The notes below the pieces were generated by a model. The model did no database searches. It had not been told where the DNA came from and saw only the letters and a list, made by a program, of their open reading frames with translations. 64,000 bases of DNA, from NCBI GenBank assembly GCA_963793305.1, contig CAWBZV010000005.1, positions 1,152,001 through 1,216,000 of the forward strand, written 5' to 3'. The number at the start of each line of letters is the position of its first letter. Position 1 is the stretch's first letter. The stretch comes from an uncultured Gemmatimonadales bacterium (GTDB lineage Bacteria > Gemmatimonadota > Gemmatimonadetes > Gemmatimonadales > Gemmatimonadaceae). Shown here in pieces: positions 12,717 through 22,390 of this stretch. The translations under genes and the position numbers were made by a program.

Positions 12717-13732
12717 CAGTCGCGGAGGCCGCCCTCTCGGCTTCGACGTTCCTCGCCGACGTCAGAGCACGCGCTGCCCGTACGGCGCGAACGATCGTCT
12801 TCCCGGAAAGCGGGGACCCCCGTACCCTGGAGGCGGTCCGGACGCTCCTCGCGGACCACGTGGTCGAACCGATCCTGATCCTGGACCCGGCGCACCGAGA
12901 TACCCACGCCGCCGCGCGCAGCGCGGCGCGCGCCATCGACCCGTGCCGAGACCCGAGACGGGAGCAAGCCGCCGATTGGCTCGCCGCATCCCCGCGCGCC
13001 ACGAAGCTGTCCCCGGATGAAATCAAGAAGCTGGCCGTCACCCCCCTGTACTTCGCGGATGCCTTGGTAAGGGCCGGCGATGCCCATGGCTGCGTCGCCG
13101 GTGCGGTGCACACGACGGCCGATGTCGTCAGGGCCGCCCTCCGCATGATCGGCCCGGCGCCGAACGTCACGACCGTCTCGAGCGCCTTCTATATGGTGCT
13201 GCCCGACGGCCGAATCCTGACGTTCACCGACTGCGCCGTCGTCCCGCTACCGACCGACGCCCAGTTGGCCGACTCGGCCGAGGCCGCGGCCGACGACCGT
13301 CGTCGTATCGTCGGCGACGTGCCAAAGGTGGCATTCCTCTCATACAGCACGCACGGCAGCGCCGGCGGCAAATCCGTCGAGCGCGTCCGCCGCGCGGTCG
13401 CGCTGCTCTCCGCACGGCGCCCCGATCTGGCGATCGACGGCGAGCTGCAGGCCGACGCCGCCCTCGTCCCAGAGGTCGCGCGGCGCAAAGTCGGTGCCGA
13501 TGGGGGTCCGGTCGGCGGCACGGCGAATGTGCTCGTGTTTCCATCGCTCGACGCCGGGAACATTGCCTACAAACTGGTCGAACGCCTGGCCTCCGCCGTC
13601 GCGGTGGGGCCGATCTTGCAAGGACTCGCGCGGCCCTGCTCCGATCTCTCGCGCGGGGCGGGTCCGCATGACATTATCAATGTGGCGGCGATTACCGCGC
13701 TGCAAGCCACGACGTTGGGAGAGCCGACATGA
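12713..13732 (+). CDS. pta: Phosphate acetyl/acyltransferase
   Basis: IVFPE, DCAV, LSYSTHGS, DGELQADAA, FPSLDAGNIAYKL, GPILQG, DLSRG. Confidence 0.9.
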   Translation: MTVAEAALSASTFLADVRARAARTARTIVFPESGDPRTLEAVRTLLADHVVEPILILDPAHRDTHAAARSAARAIDPCRDPRREQAADWLAASPRATKLSPDEIKKLAVTPLYFADALVRAGDAHGCVAGAVHTTADVVRAALRMIGPAPNVTTVSSAFYMVLPDGRILTFTDCAVVPLPTDAQLADSAEAAADDRRRIVGDVPKVAFLSYSTHGSAGGKSVERVRRAVALLSARRPDLAIDGELQADAALVPEVARRKVGADGGPVGGTANVLVFPSLDAGNIAYKLVERLASAVAVGPILQGLARPCSDLSRGAGPHDIINVAAITALQATTLGEPT

Positions 13733-14061
13733 GTTTTTCGATCACGAAGCACGGAGAGGTTGTTGTGGTCGACGTAGAGGGGCAGTTAATCGTGGGAAAT
13801 CGTCAGGAACTGAAACAGAAGGTTCTCGATGAGCTCGAGAAGGGCGAGCGGAAGTTTCTGATCGACTTCACGCGCACCGGCTACATCGACAGCTCCGGGC
13901 TCGGCGTGCTCGTGTCGCTGTCCAAGAAGATTCGCGAGCAGGGCGGGGAACTGCGGCTCGCGAACTTGAACGATGACCTCAAGACGTTGTTCGAGCTCAC
14001 GAAGCTCGACACGTTGTTTCAGATCGCCGACACGCGGGAACGCGGGCTCCAAAGCTTTTGA
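13729..14061 (+). CDS. STAS domain anti-anti-sigma factor
   Basis: YIDSSGLGVLV phospho-Ser motif, LFELTKLD. Confidence 0.92.
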   Translation: MSFSITKHGEVVVVDVEGQLIVGNRQELKQKVLDELEKGERKFLIDFTRTGYIDSSGLGVLVSLSKKIREQGGELRLANLNDDLKTLFELTKLDTLFQIADTRERGLQSF

Positions 14062-14504
14062 TGGCTCGCGCCCGGGATCCACTCGATTCCATGCGCGTCG
14101 TGATCGAGCTGGAAGTCCCGAATGATGTCCGAAGAATCGAACAGATCGTGGAGCTCGTGAGTCGTCAGATTCGCGAGCTCGACTTTCCGGCGCGCGCCTG
14201 CTCGCTGAACATCCCGGTCGCGCTCTCGGAAGCTTTATCGAACGCCATGCTGCGCGGCAACGCGGATGACAGCGCCAAGCACGTCCGGGTGCGCGCCCTC
14301 GTCGACAAAGCCGCCCTCGTGCTCGAGATCACCGACGAGGGCGTCGGGTTCGACCTCGACCGTTGCACCCGCGACCCGACCACGCCCGAGAACGTCGTGC
14401 GCGAGGACGGGCGTGGCCTGTATCTCATGCACCAGCTGATGGACCGCGTGGAGCGCTATACCGACGGTGGCAACGTCGTGCGCCTCACGCTGAAGCGCCC
14501 GTGA
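14058..14504 (+). CDS. RsbW-like anti-sigma Ser kinase (HATPase)
   Basis: EALSNAM, DEGVGFD, GRGLYLM. Confidence 0.9.
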   Translation: MMARARDPLDSMRVVIELEVPNDVRRIEQIVELVSRQIRELDFPARACSLNIPVALSEALSNAMLRGNADDSAKHVRVRALVDKAALVLEITDEGVGFDLDRCTRDPTTPENVVREDGRGLYLMHQLMDRVERYTDGGNVVRLTLKRP

Positions 14505-16093
14505 GAGAGCAGGACCTGGGGGTCGTGCTCACGGCCTTCACCGACAGCACCCAGTGCGCCGCGTCGGTGTGGACGCAGTCGGACCCGTCCCGCCCACTCG
14601 TCCTCCTGGCCGCGTCACCCTCGACACCTGCGCCCCCGCCTTTGGACCAGTTGCCGGTCGGCGCCGAGCCGGCCGCGCTGTCTCCTGACCAGCTGATCGC
14701 GCGCGTCCCATCCGCCAAGCGCGCGTGGCTCGTGGTTGGTCCGGCGAAGTCAGCGGATCTGCCGCTCAAGCAGTTGTTGCGCTTCCTGGCCCCGGTTGTG
14801 TCGCAGATGCTGAAGACCGCCACCGAAGTCGAGCACGCGGCGGTCGAGCTGGCCGAGCGGTACGAAGAGATCAATCTCCTCTATACGATCAGCGAGATCT
14901 TGGGCCGCACGGTACGCCTCGAGGAAGCCGCGGCCACGATCCTCAAGGAGATTTCCGAGACGGTCGGCGCGCGCAAGGCTTCGATCCTCGTGCACGATCG
15001 CGTGACCGACACCCTGCAGGTGGTCGCCGCTATCGGCGTCCGCCCCGAGGACGCTCCGCCGATCGCCGCCGAGGATCCATGTAGCGTCTCGGCCCGCGTC
15101 TTCCGCACGCAACATCCGGTGATCGTCGACGGCGACGAAATGCCGTGCGATGCCGAAGCCGGCTATCGTCGCGGGATGATGCTCTCCGTCCCCATCATGT
15201 GGACCGCCCCGGATGGCGGTGAGCCACTCGGCGTCGTCAATCTCTCGGATCGCGGCTCCGGCAACCCATTCAGCGCCGGCGACCAAAAACTCGTCGCCGC
15301 GATCGCCACACAAATCGGCACGGCGATCCAGAACACACGCCTGGTCCGCGCCTCGCTGAATCAGCAGCGCCTCGTTCAAGAGATGCAGCTGGCTCACGAT
15401 CTCCAGATGCACCTGCTGCCCTCGGTCAACGCGGTGGCTCCAGAAGCCGACGTTGCCGCGCGCGTTGCACCGGCCGAGAGCGTGGGTGGCGATTTCTACA
15501 ACCTGTTCCGACTCGGCGCCGGCAACACTGGCGCGATGATCGGCGATGTCTCGAGCCACGGCTATCGCGCGGCGCTCATCATGGCCCTCGCCATGAGCGC
15601 CTCGGCGATCCACGCCCAGACAACGCTGGACCCAGCCGAAGCCCTTCGCTCTCTCTTGCTGTCCCTCCAAGATGAGCTCTCCAGCACCGAGATGTTCATC
15701 ACGGTCTTCTACGGCGTCGTCGATCGCGTGCGCGGCGAGTTGCGCTACGCGAACGCCGGCCACCCTCACGCCTTTATCGTTCGCGGCTCCGGCACGGTCG
15801 AACGCCTCGACGCGCTCGACCCGCCCCTTGGCCTGGGGATCGGCGCGCCGTCCGGCGCCACCCGCCCGTGGTCCCGTCGCGAAGACTTACTGGTCCTCTT
15901 CACCGACGGCGTAAGCGACGCCCGCAACCGCGCCGACGCCCGCCTCGGCGAGCAGGCCGTCCTCGACACCGTTCTCGAATACCGCGATCGTTCGCCGGCC
16001 GAGATCGTCGATCGCATCCACGAGCGCGTCACGAGCCACCGCGGCGATGTCCCATTGCGCGACGACCTGACGCTGGTCGTCCTGCGCAGTTGA
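14501..16093 (+). CDS. GAF + SpoIIE (PP2C) phosphatase
   Basis: GAF segment; VGGDFY, GDVSSHG, NAGH, FTDGV, DDLTL. Confidence 0.9.
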   Translation: MREQDLGVVLTAFTDSTQCAASVWTQSDPSRPLVLLAASPSTPAPPPLDQLPVGAEPAALSPDQLIARVPSAKRAWLVVGPAKSADLPLKQLLRFLAPVVSQMLKTATEVEHAAVELAERYEEINLLYTISEILGRTVRLEEAAATILKEISETVGARKASILVHDRVTDTLQVVAAIGVRPEDAPPIAAEDPCSVSARVFRTQHPVIVDGDEMPCDAEAGYRRGMMLSVPIMWTAPDGGEPLGVVNLSDRGSGNPFSAGDQKLVAAIATQIGTAIQNTRLVRASLNQQRLVQEMQLAHDLQMHLLPSVNAVAPEADVAARVAPAESVGGDFYNLFRLGAGNTGAMIGDVSSHGYRAALIMALAMSASAIHAQTTLDPAEALRSLLLSLQDELSSTEMFITVFYGVVDRVRGELRYANAGHPHAFIVRGSGTVERLDALDPPLGLGIGAPSGATRPWSRREDLLVLFTDGVSDARNRADARLGEQAVLDTVLEYRDRSPAEIVDRIHERVTSHRGDVPLRDDLTLVVLRS

Positions 16094-16118
16094 GCGGCGC
16101 CCTGGTCGCGTTGCGCAT

Positions 16119-16907
16119 TTGAGCCGCCGACTCGGCCAGCACTTTCTCACGGACCCTCGCGCGCTCGCGCGAATCGCCGACGCGCTCGCGCTCAGCGGCA
16201 CTGAAACCGTCGTCGAAATCGGTCCCGGCCGCGGCGCCCTGACCGAGCTCCTACTCGCCCGCGCCGCCCGCGTAGTCGCCATCGAACTCGATAAGCCGCT
16301 AGTCGAGCTGCTCCGCGGTCGCTTCGGTGCAGACAGTCGGTTCACGCTCGTCCACGCGGACGTGCTCGATGTCGCGCTCGCCGGCGCAGCCGGCGGCGTC
16401 CCATTCGCGCTGGCAGGCAACATCCCGTACTACATCACGACCCCAATTCTCTTCCACGCACTGGAACCACCAATGCCGCTACGCTCGGTGTTTCTCGTGC
16501 AGAAAGAAGTGGCCGAGCGCGTAGTAGCCGAACCGGGCTCGAAGATCTACGGTGCTCTCTCGGTGAACGTCCAAGCGCTCGCAGTCCCGCGTCTTGTAGC
16601 AAAAGTCCCGGCGGCCGCTTTCTCCCCACCCCCAAAGGTGGACTCGGCGATCCTCGCCATGGAACCCCGCGCCGAGCCTTTGATCACGGCAGCCGAGCAA
16701 TCGGGATTCTCCGAGATGGTCATCGCGACCTTCGGCCTGCGCCGCAAGCAGATGCGTCGTGTCGTGCGCACGCTGGCCGAATTGTCACCGGACGCGGCGG
16801 ACCAAATACTCAACGGTGCGGGAATTGACGCCGAGTCACGCCCCGAGACGCTCGCCCCCGGGAAATTCGCTGCGCTATACCGGCAGCTTGCCAATGTATC
16901 CACGTGA
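16119..16907 (+). CDS. rsmA: 16S rRNA dimethyladenosine transferase RsmA/KsgA
   Basis: LGQHFL, EIGPGRG, GNIPYYITT, QKEVAER, PPPKVDS. Confidence 0.95.
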   Translation: MSRRLGQHFLTDPRALARIADALALSGTETVVEIGPGRGALTELLLARAARVVAIELDKPLVELLRGRFGADSRFTLVHADVLDVALAGAAGGVPFALAGNIPYYITTPILFHALEPPMPLRSVFLVQKEVAERVVAEPGSKIYGALSVNVQALAVPRLVAKVPAAAFSPPPKVDSAILAMEPRAEPLITAAEQSGFSEMVIATFGLRRKQMRRVVRTLAELSPDAADQILNGAGIDAESRPETLAPGKFAALYRQLANVST

Positions 16908-16917
16908 GACTACATTG
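16888..16917 (+). promoter_or_regulatory. Sigma70-like promoter overlapped by an inverted-repeat operator, upstream of TA pair
   Basis: TTGCCA(16888)-N17-TACATT(16911); inverted repeat CAATGTA...TACATTG 16892-16917. Confidence 0.65.
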
Positions 16918-16922
16918 CACGT

Positions 16923-17207
16923 ATGTTGAACGCCGGTATCCGGGAGCTCAAAGCGAATTTGAGCCGCTACCTGAAGCAGGTGGCGAAAGGTCGGATCGTG
17001 CTCGTCACTGACCGGGGTCGCGTCGTAGCTGAGTTGCGTGCGCCAGGGGGATCGAGCGCATCCGAGTTGCGCTGGCAGGAAATGGTCGCATTGGGCGCAA
17101 TCCGGCCCGCGTCCGACCCGGCCGATCGGTCATGGGCCAACTGGCCAGGATTGGGACTCCCGGCCGGCACGGCCCAAAAGATCGTCGACCTCGATCGCGA
17201 CGAATGA
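16923..17207 (+). CDS. Phd/YefM family antitoxin
   Basis: AGIRELKANLSRYL..V..G..VLVTDRGRVVAEL. Confidence 0.88.
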   Translation: MLNAGIRELKANLSRYLKQVAKGRIVLVTDRGRVVAELRAPGGSSASELRWQEMVALGAIRPASDPADRSWANWPGLGLPAGTAQKIVDLDRDE

Positions 17208-17644
17208 CCTCGCCCGCGCCGAGCCTGACGCTCTACGCGGAGACGAGCGCGGTGCTGCGCGTGGTGCTCGAAGGCGACAAATCACTGGGTACCATCTTGG
17301 CCGGCGCGACGCGGCTCGTCACATCGACTCTCACCTTCGTCGAGGCGGACCGCGGGCTTCGCCGAGCCCGGGCCGAGCGGCGTCTCGATACGCGCCAGTT
17401 CACTCGCGGCGAGCGGTGGCTCGCGCGCTTTGCTCGTGCCTGCGATGCCATGCCCCTCACGGATGCCGTGCTCGATCGCGCGAAGCGCGATTGCCCGGTC
17501 GAGCCGGTGCGCACACTCGACGCGCTGCATCTCGCGAGCATTCGGTTGTGGGACGAACGGATAGGCGAGATCACCGTTGCCTCGACTGACCAACGGGTGC
17601 GTGCGAACGCCGCGGCGTGGGGCCTCGCGCTCGTACCGCCGTAG
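17204..17644 (+). CDS. PIN-domain (VapC-like) toxin
   Basis: YAETSA, VRTLDALHLAS, STDQRV; ATGA overlap with antitoxin. Confidence 0.85.
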   Translation: MTSPAPSLTLYAETSAVLRVVLEGDKSLGTILAGATRLVTSTLTFVEADRGLRRARAERRLDTRQFTRGERWLARFARACDAMPLTDAVLDRAKRDCPVEPVRTLDALHLASIRLWDERIGEITVASTDQRVRANAAAWGLALVPP

Positions 17645-17652
17645 CGACTATA

Positions 17653-18271
17653 TCAGGAGGCTGTCACCCTGCTGATCGCGCTTCCCGCCTCCCTCATGCT
17701 GCTGATCGCGGTGCAGGTTGGTCGATGGGCTGCGCAGTACAACTGTGCCAAGCGCGGCACCGGCTGGTCCTCGTGCACGGCAGCCAGCGTGAGCCCGTGT
17801 AGCGCTTGAACATGTTGCGCAACTGCGACCCGGATCCAAATCCGATTGCTACGGCGACGCGCTCGACGTGCTGATGGGTGGTGGCGATCATATGCGTGGC
17901 GACAAAGAGCCGGCACCACCCGATCGTGCCTCTGGTGTTGGCAGGTGCAAGCCTCGCATAAGGCGATAGAGGGTCCGGTCGCTCACTCGCAACGCCTCCG
18001 CCACCATGGTCACCGTCAGCCGTGACGTGGCGCCCATGGTGCACCAGGAAATAAGGGGCTGCTCCGGCGACGGTATCCACGGTAGGGCGCGATGCGCGGC
18101 CTCGGCGTGCATCGGTGCCGTCAAGGTCGCAGCGAGTGCCGTTCGCACGCCCCGCTCGAGGCTCTCGAATCCGAGGAGCGAGACGTAAGCGTCGATGAAT
18201 GAGACGTTGGCGACTGGCAGAGCGGCTCGTGCTACCGCGTCTCGATGCTCGCTCGTGGCAGGGGCGGCCAC
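17653..18271 (-). pseudogene. AraC-family HTH regulator split across three frames
   Basis: TVTMVAEALRVSDRTLYR in one frame; VERVAVAIGFGSGSQLRNMFKRYTG in a second; tail in a third. Confidence 0.6.
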
Positions 18272-18453
18272 GGTTGAAGTGGCAGGATCAGGTGCTGTGC
18301 CAGCGTTCGCGGGTACATTCTTGTCTCGCGAGCTGGGTTATACGGCCGGAGGCGCGGCTCTAGGTTTCATGACACCGTTTCTCGTCGCAGCTGTTGGCTC
18401 GGCGCAACCCTTCGGATGCACAGCGACCGCCCGATGACTTAACCGGGGACATT

Positions 18454-18726
18454 ATGCGGTCACCGAAAGCCGGCAATCGCGAAGCGAACGAAGCAGTCGC
18501 CGCTCGACGTAAGCGGGAACGATCGCGCTACGCGTGGCGGACATGGGTGCTCGGCGTCGGACTGCCCGTTGGACTCACCATGAGCATTGCGACGGTGTAC
18601 GCATTGCGCGGGCGGGTCATGCATTCGTTGTTGCAAGCCGCAATATCAGTCGCGCTTTCGACGCTCGTGGCGATGGGTCTCAGTTACGTCGCTGGCTTGT
18701 ATTTCTGGTCCCGAGAAGAGCACTGA
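18454..18726 (+). CDS. Hypothetical small membrane protein (2 TM)
   Basis: ATG after GGGGA; two hydrophobic helices. Confidence 0.45.
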   Translation: MRSPKAGNREANEAVAARRKRERSRYAWRTWVLGVGLPVGLTMSIATVYALRGRVMHSLLQAAISVALSTLVAMGLSYVAGLYFWSREEH

Positions 18727-19065
18727 ATGCCGGCAGGTCGCAAGGCGGGCAACGTCTTTTCTTGGCGGTGCCCGCCCGGTGATCACTGATGATCTAGCTT
18801 GTGTGGTTCGCGCAGGGCGTGCGAGATCCTGCGCCCATGTCCACGTCCCGAGCCACGCGATTCTGCAGCGCGATTGCGAGAGTCGTGATGGCGGAGCCAA
18901 TCGTATGGCGCAGCGGCGCGAGCCCGTGAGATCTTAACCCTCGGTGATCGACGCGTCGCTCGTGATCGGGGTTGACCTGGCTCCGGGGACGGTGGTGTGC
19001 AGGTCGAGCGTGACCTTTACGACTCGCGCACGGAGACGCGCGTGCTCGTGCCGCGTGGGTCGCGG

Positions 19066-19476
19066 CTATGGCTGCTTTGTGGCAACCTCGCTCCGGTTCT
19101 GTGTACTGAGCCTCAGTCGCGGGGCGATCAACTCCAGCGCGACGAACAGCATGAAAAACGGCAGATAGAGGACGGCGACACGCTGCAAGGCTACGGTCCA
19201 GTTATGTCGCACCGCCTCGGGATAGAAGTAATGCGCGATACTCATAGCGAACATGGCCGGAAGTGTGACGACGAGAGTCCCAAGAGCCCCGCCCGAAATA
19301 CGCCGCCAGAGGATGGCCATGGGCGTGAAGAGCATTGCCAGGCCGATGCACGCCAATGGGATGGGGACCCGCCGCGCCGTAGTGACGATGATGACTACCG
19401 CCGTTGCGATCATGCAGAGTCCCATCGCGAGACGTACCTTCGCAGGTGTTCGGTGGTACCAGTTGTCGTTCGGCAT
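19066..19476 (-). CDS. Hypothetical membrane protein (about 4 TM)
   Basis: 136-aa ORF with repeated hydrophobic segments. Confidence 0.55.
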   Translation of the reverse strand: MPNDNWYHRTPAKVRLAMGLCMIATAVVIIVTTARRVPIPLACIGLAMLFTPMAILWRRISGGALGTLVVTLPAMFAMSIAHYFYPEAVRHNWTVALQRVAVLYLPFFMLFVALELIAPRLRLSTQNRSEVATKQP

Positions 19477-19756
19477 AGCGACGTTGGGAATTTCCTCGGG
19501 GCTCTCCCGTCTCGCCAGAGCGGGTGGTTATGCGACGATTTCTACGGTCGGGACCTGCAGCAACTAGGAAATACGATTCCGCTGTGCTGCCGATTGGTGA
19601 CGCTCACTGTGGCAGGAGTAATGCTTTAGGTTTGGATCACCGACAAGGGTTCAGCGATCTTCGCCAGCCCCCAACGCCGCTACCGGTGCGGACGGCTCGG
19701 CTTGTTGGGTCGACGACGGCACCCTAGCCCCTGACGGTCGATAAGTCGGCGGAGCT

Positions 19757-20401
19757 TTAGCGCTCGATTCGATGCGCGAGCGCGTAGGACAGTACTTCGA
19801 GCTCGGCCGCCATATTCACCGCGCGCACGATGACGTCATCCGGCACGCGCAGCTGAATCGGCGCGAAATTCAGAATGCCGTGAATCCCGGCGCGCACGAT
19901 AAGCTCGCCCGTTTCCTGTGCCGCACCACCAGGGACGGCGAGCACCGCGATGTCGGGTCGTAAGACGTCGGCATCGCTCACCAGCTGCGCGATGTCGCGG
20001 ACCGAGTGCCCGTCCCATTGGGTGCCGATCTTCGCGGGATTGTTGTCGTACACGGCGACGACTCGGAACCCGCGATGACCGAAGCCGGAGTACTGCGCGA
20101 GCGCTGAGCCGATCTTACCGGCGCCGACGATCACGACTTGCCATTCGCGGCCGAGTCCCAAGATCTCGCGCAGGCGCGAGACCAGCTCGGGGACTGGATA
20201 TCCCAGTCCGCGTTTGCCAAAAGAGCCGAAGAACGAGAGATCTTTGCGAACCTGCGCCGAGGTGGTGCCGCCCAGCTTCGCCAGCGTCTCGCTGGAAATA
20301 GTAGCCAGCCCGCGCCCGCCGACCTCCTCGAGGTAGCGGAGGTAGAGCGAAAGTCGCCGGACAGTAGAGTCGGCAATGCGTCGGTTCGCGGCTCGTGCCA
20401 T
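19757..20401 (-). CDS. rex: Redox-sensing transcriptional repressor Rex
   Basis: TVRRLSLYLR, VRKDLSFFGSFGKRGLGY, GAGKIG, ILNFAP. Confidence 0.96.
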   Translation of the reverse strand: MARAANRRIADSTVRRLSLYLRYLEEVGGRGLATISSETLAKLGGTTSAQVRKDLSFFGSFGKRGLGYPVPELVSRLREILGLGREWQVVIVGAGKIGSALAQYSGFGHRGFRVVAVYDNNPAKIGTQWDGHSVRDIAQLVSDADVLRPDIAVLAVPGGAAQETGELIVRAGIHGILNFAPIQLRVPDDVIVRAVNMAAELEVLSYALAHRIER

Positions 20402-20417
20402 GTGAAATTATTCACAA
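20400..20417. promoter_or_regulatory. Rex operator (ROP box) overlapping the rex start codon
   Basis: ATGTGAAATTATTCACAA matches TTGTGAA-N4-TTCACAA with one mismatch. Confidence 0.85.
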
Positions 20418-20457
20418 GTTACGAGCCTGCACGTTATCTTGCACCCGTGAGGCGTTC

Positions 20458-21327
20458 GTGGAGCTAACGCGAGCTAAGGCTGCGGCTTACCTGGCCGCGG
20501 GTCCAGCCCCTGCCTCGGAGTTATTGGCCCATGCGTGCGGCATTCCTGGCCTCCCGAGCGTCGTCGCCGACCACATGGCCGCCGTCTTGTTTGCCGGCCA
20601 CCCCGAGTTTGCTCGGGATCTCGTCAGCGGCCTTTGGAAGCACGTCTCGGTTCGCTCCGACCTGTCCCTCGACGGCGCGTCTCCACTCCGCGGCCTCTCG
20701 TACGCAGTCGTCGATGTCGAGGCCACAGGTGGCCGCCCCGAGCGCGGCCGCTATGGCCCCGATCGCGTGATCGAAGTCGCGATCGTCACCGTGCGCGATG
20801 GTGCTGTTGATGACGTGTACGAGACCCTGATCAACCCCCAACGCCCGATCCCGCGATTCGTGTCGCGCCTCACGGGAATCTGGGCCGAGACGTTGAGCCA
20901 AGCCCCACGGTTCGCCGACGTCGCCCAAGAGGTCGCGCGCCGGTTGGATGGTCACGTGTTCGTCGCCCACAACGTGAAATTCGATTGGCGCTTTCTCTCG
21001 GCCGAGCTGGCGCGAGCCGGCGCCGGCCGACTCCGCGCGCCGCGCCTGTGCACGGTGCGCCTCGCCCGCCGATTGCTTCCGCACCTGCGCCGCCGCTCGC
21101 TCGACCACGTCGCCCACCACTACGACGTCGAAATTACCGCTCGGCACCGCGCCGGCGGCGACGCCGTCGCGACCGCGCGCTGCTTGATTCGCATGCTGCG
21201 CGATGCCGATCGTCAAGGCATCACCACGTGGAGCGATGTGCAATCCCTGTTGGCGCTCCCCGCTCCCGCTCGCCCAAAGCGCCATTCGGCGCTCCCCACT
21301 CAGGTTCAGCACGAGGAAAGCGCGTGA
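20458..21327 (+). CDS. DEDDh 3'-5' exonuclease (DnaQ/PolC-like)
   Basis: VVDVEATG, FVAHNVKFD, HRAGGDAVAT; start placed at GTG after GAGG. Confidence 0.88.
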   Translation: MELTRAKAAAYLAAGPAPASELLAHACGIPGLPSVVADHMAAVLFAGHPEFARDLVSGLWKHVSVRSDLSLDGASPLRGLSYAVVDVEATGGRPERGRYGPDRVIEVAIVTVRDGAVDDVYETLINPQRPIPRFVSRLTGIWAETLSQAPRFADVAQEVARRLDGHVFVAHNVKFDWRFLSAELARAGAGRLRAPRLCTVRLARRLLPHLRRRSLDHVAHHYDVEITARHRAGGDAVATARCLIRMLRDADRQGITTWSDVQSLLALPAPARPKRHSALPTQVQHEESA

Positions 21328-22208
21328 CCGTTCCGCAGATCGAAACGCGACAGCTCGGCGCATGGCGCATACACTCAGTCCGCTCCGGCAACATGCGCCT
21401 CGACGGCGGCGCGATGTTCGGAATCATTCCCAAGCCACTCTGGGAGAAGAAGCTCCCGGCTGACGAGCGCAATCGCATCCCGATGTGCATGCGCAGCCTC
21501 GTGATCGAGCACGAGATCGGTCCCATCGTGATCGAGACCGGTGTCGGCAACAAGGAGAGCGAGAAGTTCTACGACATCTACGGCATCGACTCGCGAACAC
21601 CGGATGGCCGCACTCAACTCGAAGCCGGTCTGTCGACTCTCGGCGTCCCGCCGGAAAAAGTCGCGCTCGTCATCAACACGCACTTGCATTTCGACCACGC
21701 GGGCGGCAACACCTATCGCGACAAAGGCGGCGAGATCCGCTTGTCGTTCCCCAACGCGCGGTACGTCGTTCAGGCGGGCGAATACCATTACGCCACACAC
21801 ACGAACGAGCGCACGGCGGGGAGCTACTTTGACGACAACTTCGTTCCGGTCGAGGCCGCGGGCCGGTTCGACTACGTTCGCGGCGAGCGGGAGATCGTGC
21901 CAGGCGTGACCGTGATCCCGGTCCCGGGCCACACACCCCACCTCCAGGGAGTCCTGGTCGAGAGCCGCGGCGAGAAGGCGTTTTTCATCACGGACTTGGT
22001 GCCGACGACCACCCACCTCCCGCTGCCCTGGATCATGGGTTACGACGTCGAGCCGCTCGTGACGCTGGAGACAAAGCGACGGATCCTGCCTCGTGCGGCC
22101 GAGGAGGGCTGGCTGGTCGTGTTCCCCCACGATGCGCGTACGGCCTGGAGCCGGATCCGCCGCGAGGCAAACACGTATACGCTTGACTCTCCCGACAAAA
22201 CGGCATAA
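21324..22208 (+). CDS. MBL-fold metallo-hydrolase (YtnP-like)
   Basis: LDGGAMFG, THLHFDHAGG, PGHTPH, WIMGYD. Confidence 0.9.
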   Translation: MTVPQIETRQLGAWRIHSVRSGNMRLDGGAMFGIIPKPLWEKKLPADERNRIPMCMRSLVIEHEIGPIVIETGVGNKESEKFYDIYGIDSRTPDGRTQLEAGLSTLGVPPEKVALVINTHLHFDHAGGNTYRDKGGEIRLSFPNARYVVQAGEYHYATHTNERTAGSYFDDNFVPVEAAGRFDYVRGEREIVPGVTVIPVPGHTPHLQGVLVESRGEKAFFITDLVPTTTHLPLPWIMGYDVEPLVTLETKRRILPRAAEEGWLVVFPHDARTAWSRIRREANTYTLDSPDKTA

Positions 22209-22211
22209 CTT
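22183..22211 (+). promoter_or_regulatory. Sigma70 promoter of infC operon
   Basis: TTGACT(22183)-N17-TAACTT(22206). Confidence 0.7.
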
Positions 22212-22329
22212 CTGCTGCAACAACACGCTAAGTAGTCCCGCGCGGTGCGGGGCTCACCCTCCGGCCCTTTTGGTGCTGTAGGAGTTCAGTCTAGGCGACG
22301 GCCCACGCTGTGGCGTGAGCCGCCTATCT

Positions 22330-22368
22330 ACGCGAACTCCACGTGGGTTCGCGTTTGTTTTTTGCTTT
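22330..22368 (+). terminator. Intrinsic terminator/attenuator inside the infC leader
   Basis: ACGCGAACTC-loop-GGGTTCGCGT stem followed by TTGTTTTTTGCTTT. Confidence 0.7.
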
Positions 22369-22390
22369 CTAAATTCGAGGGAACGGAGTT

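Noticed and set aside
19668..19711. Integron attC (CCCCAAC...GTTGGGT)
   Set aside because: Too short (~43 nt), no L boxes, single instance, no integrase.
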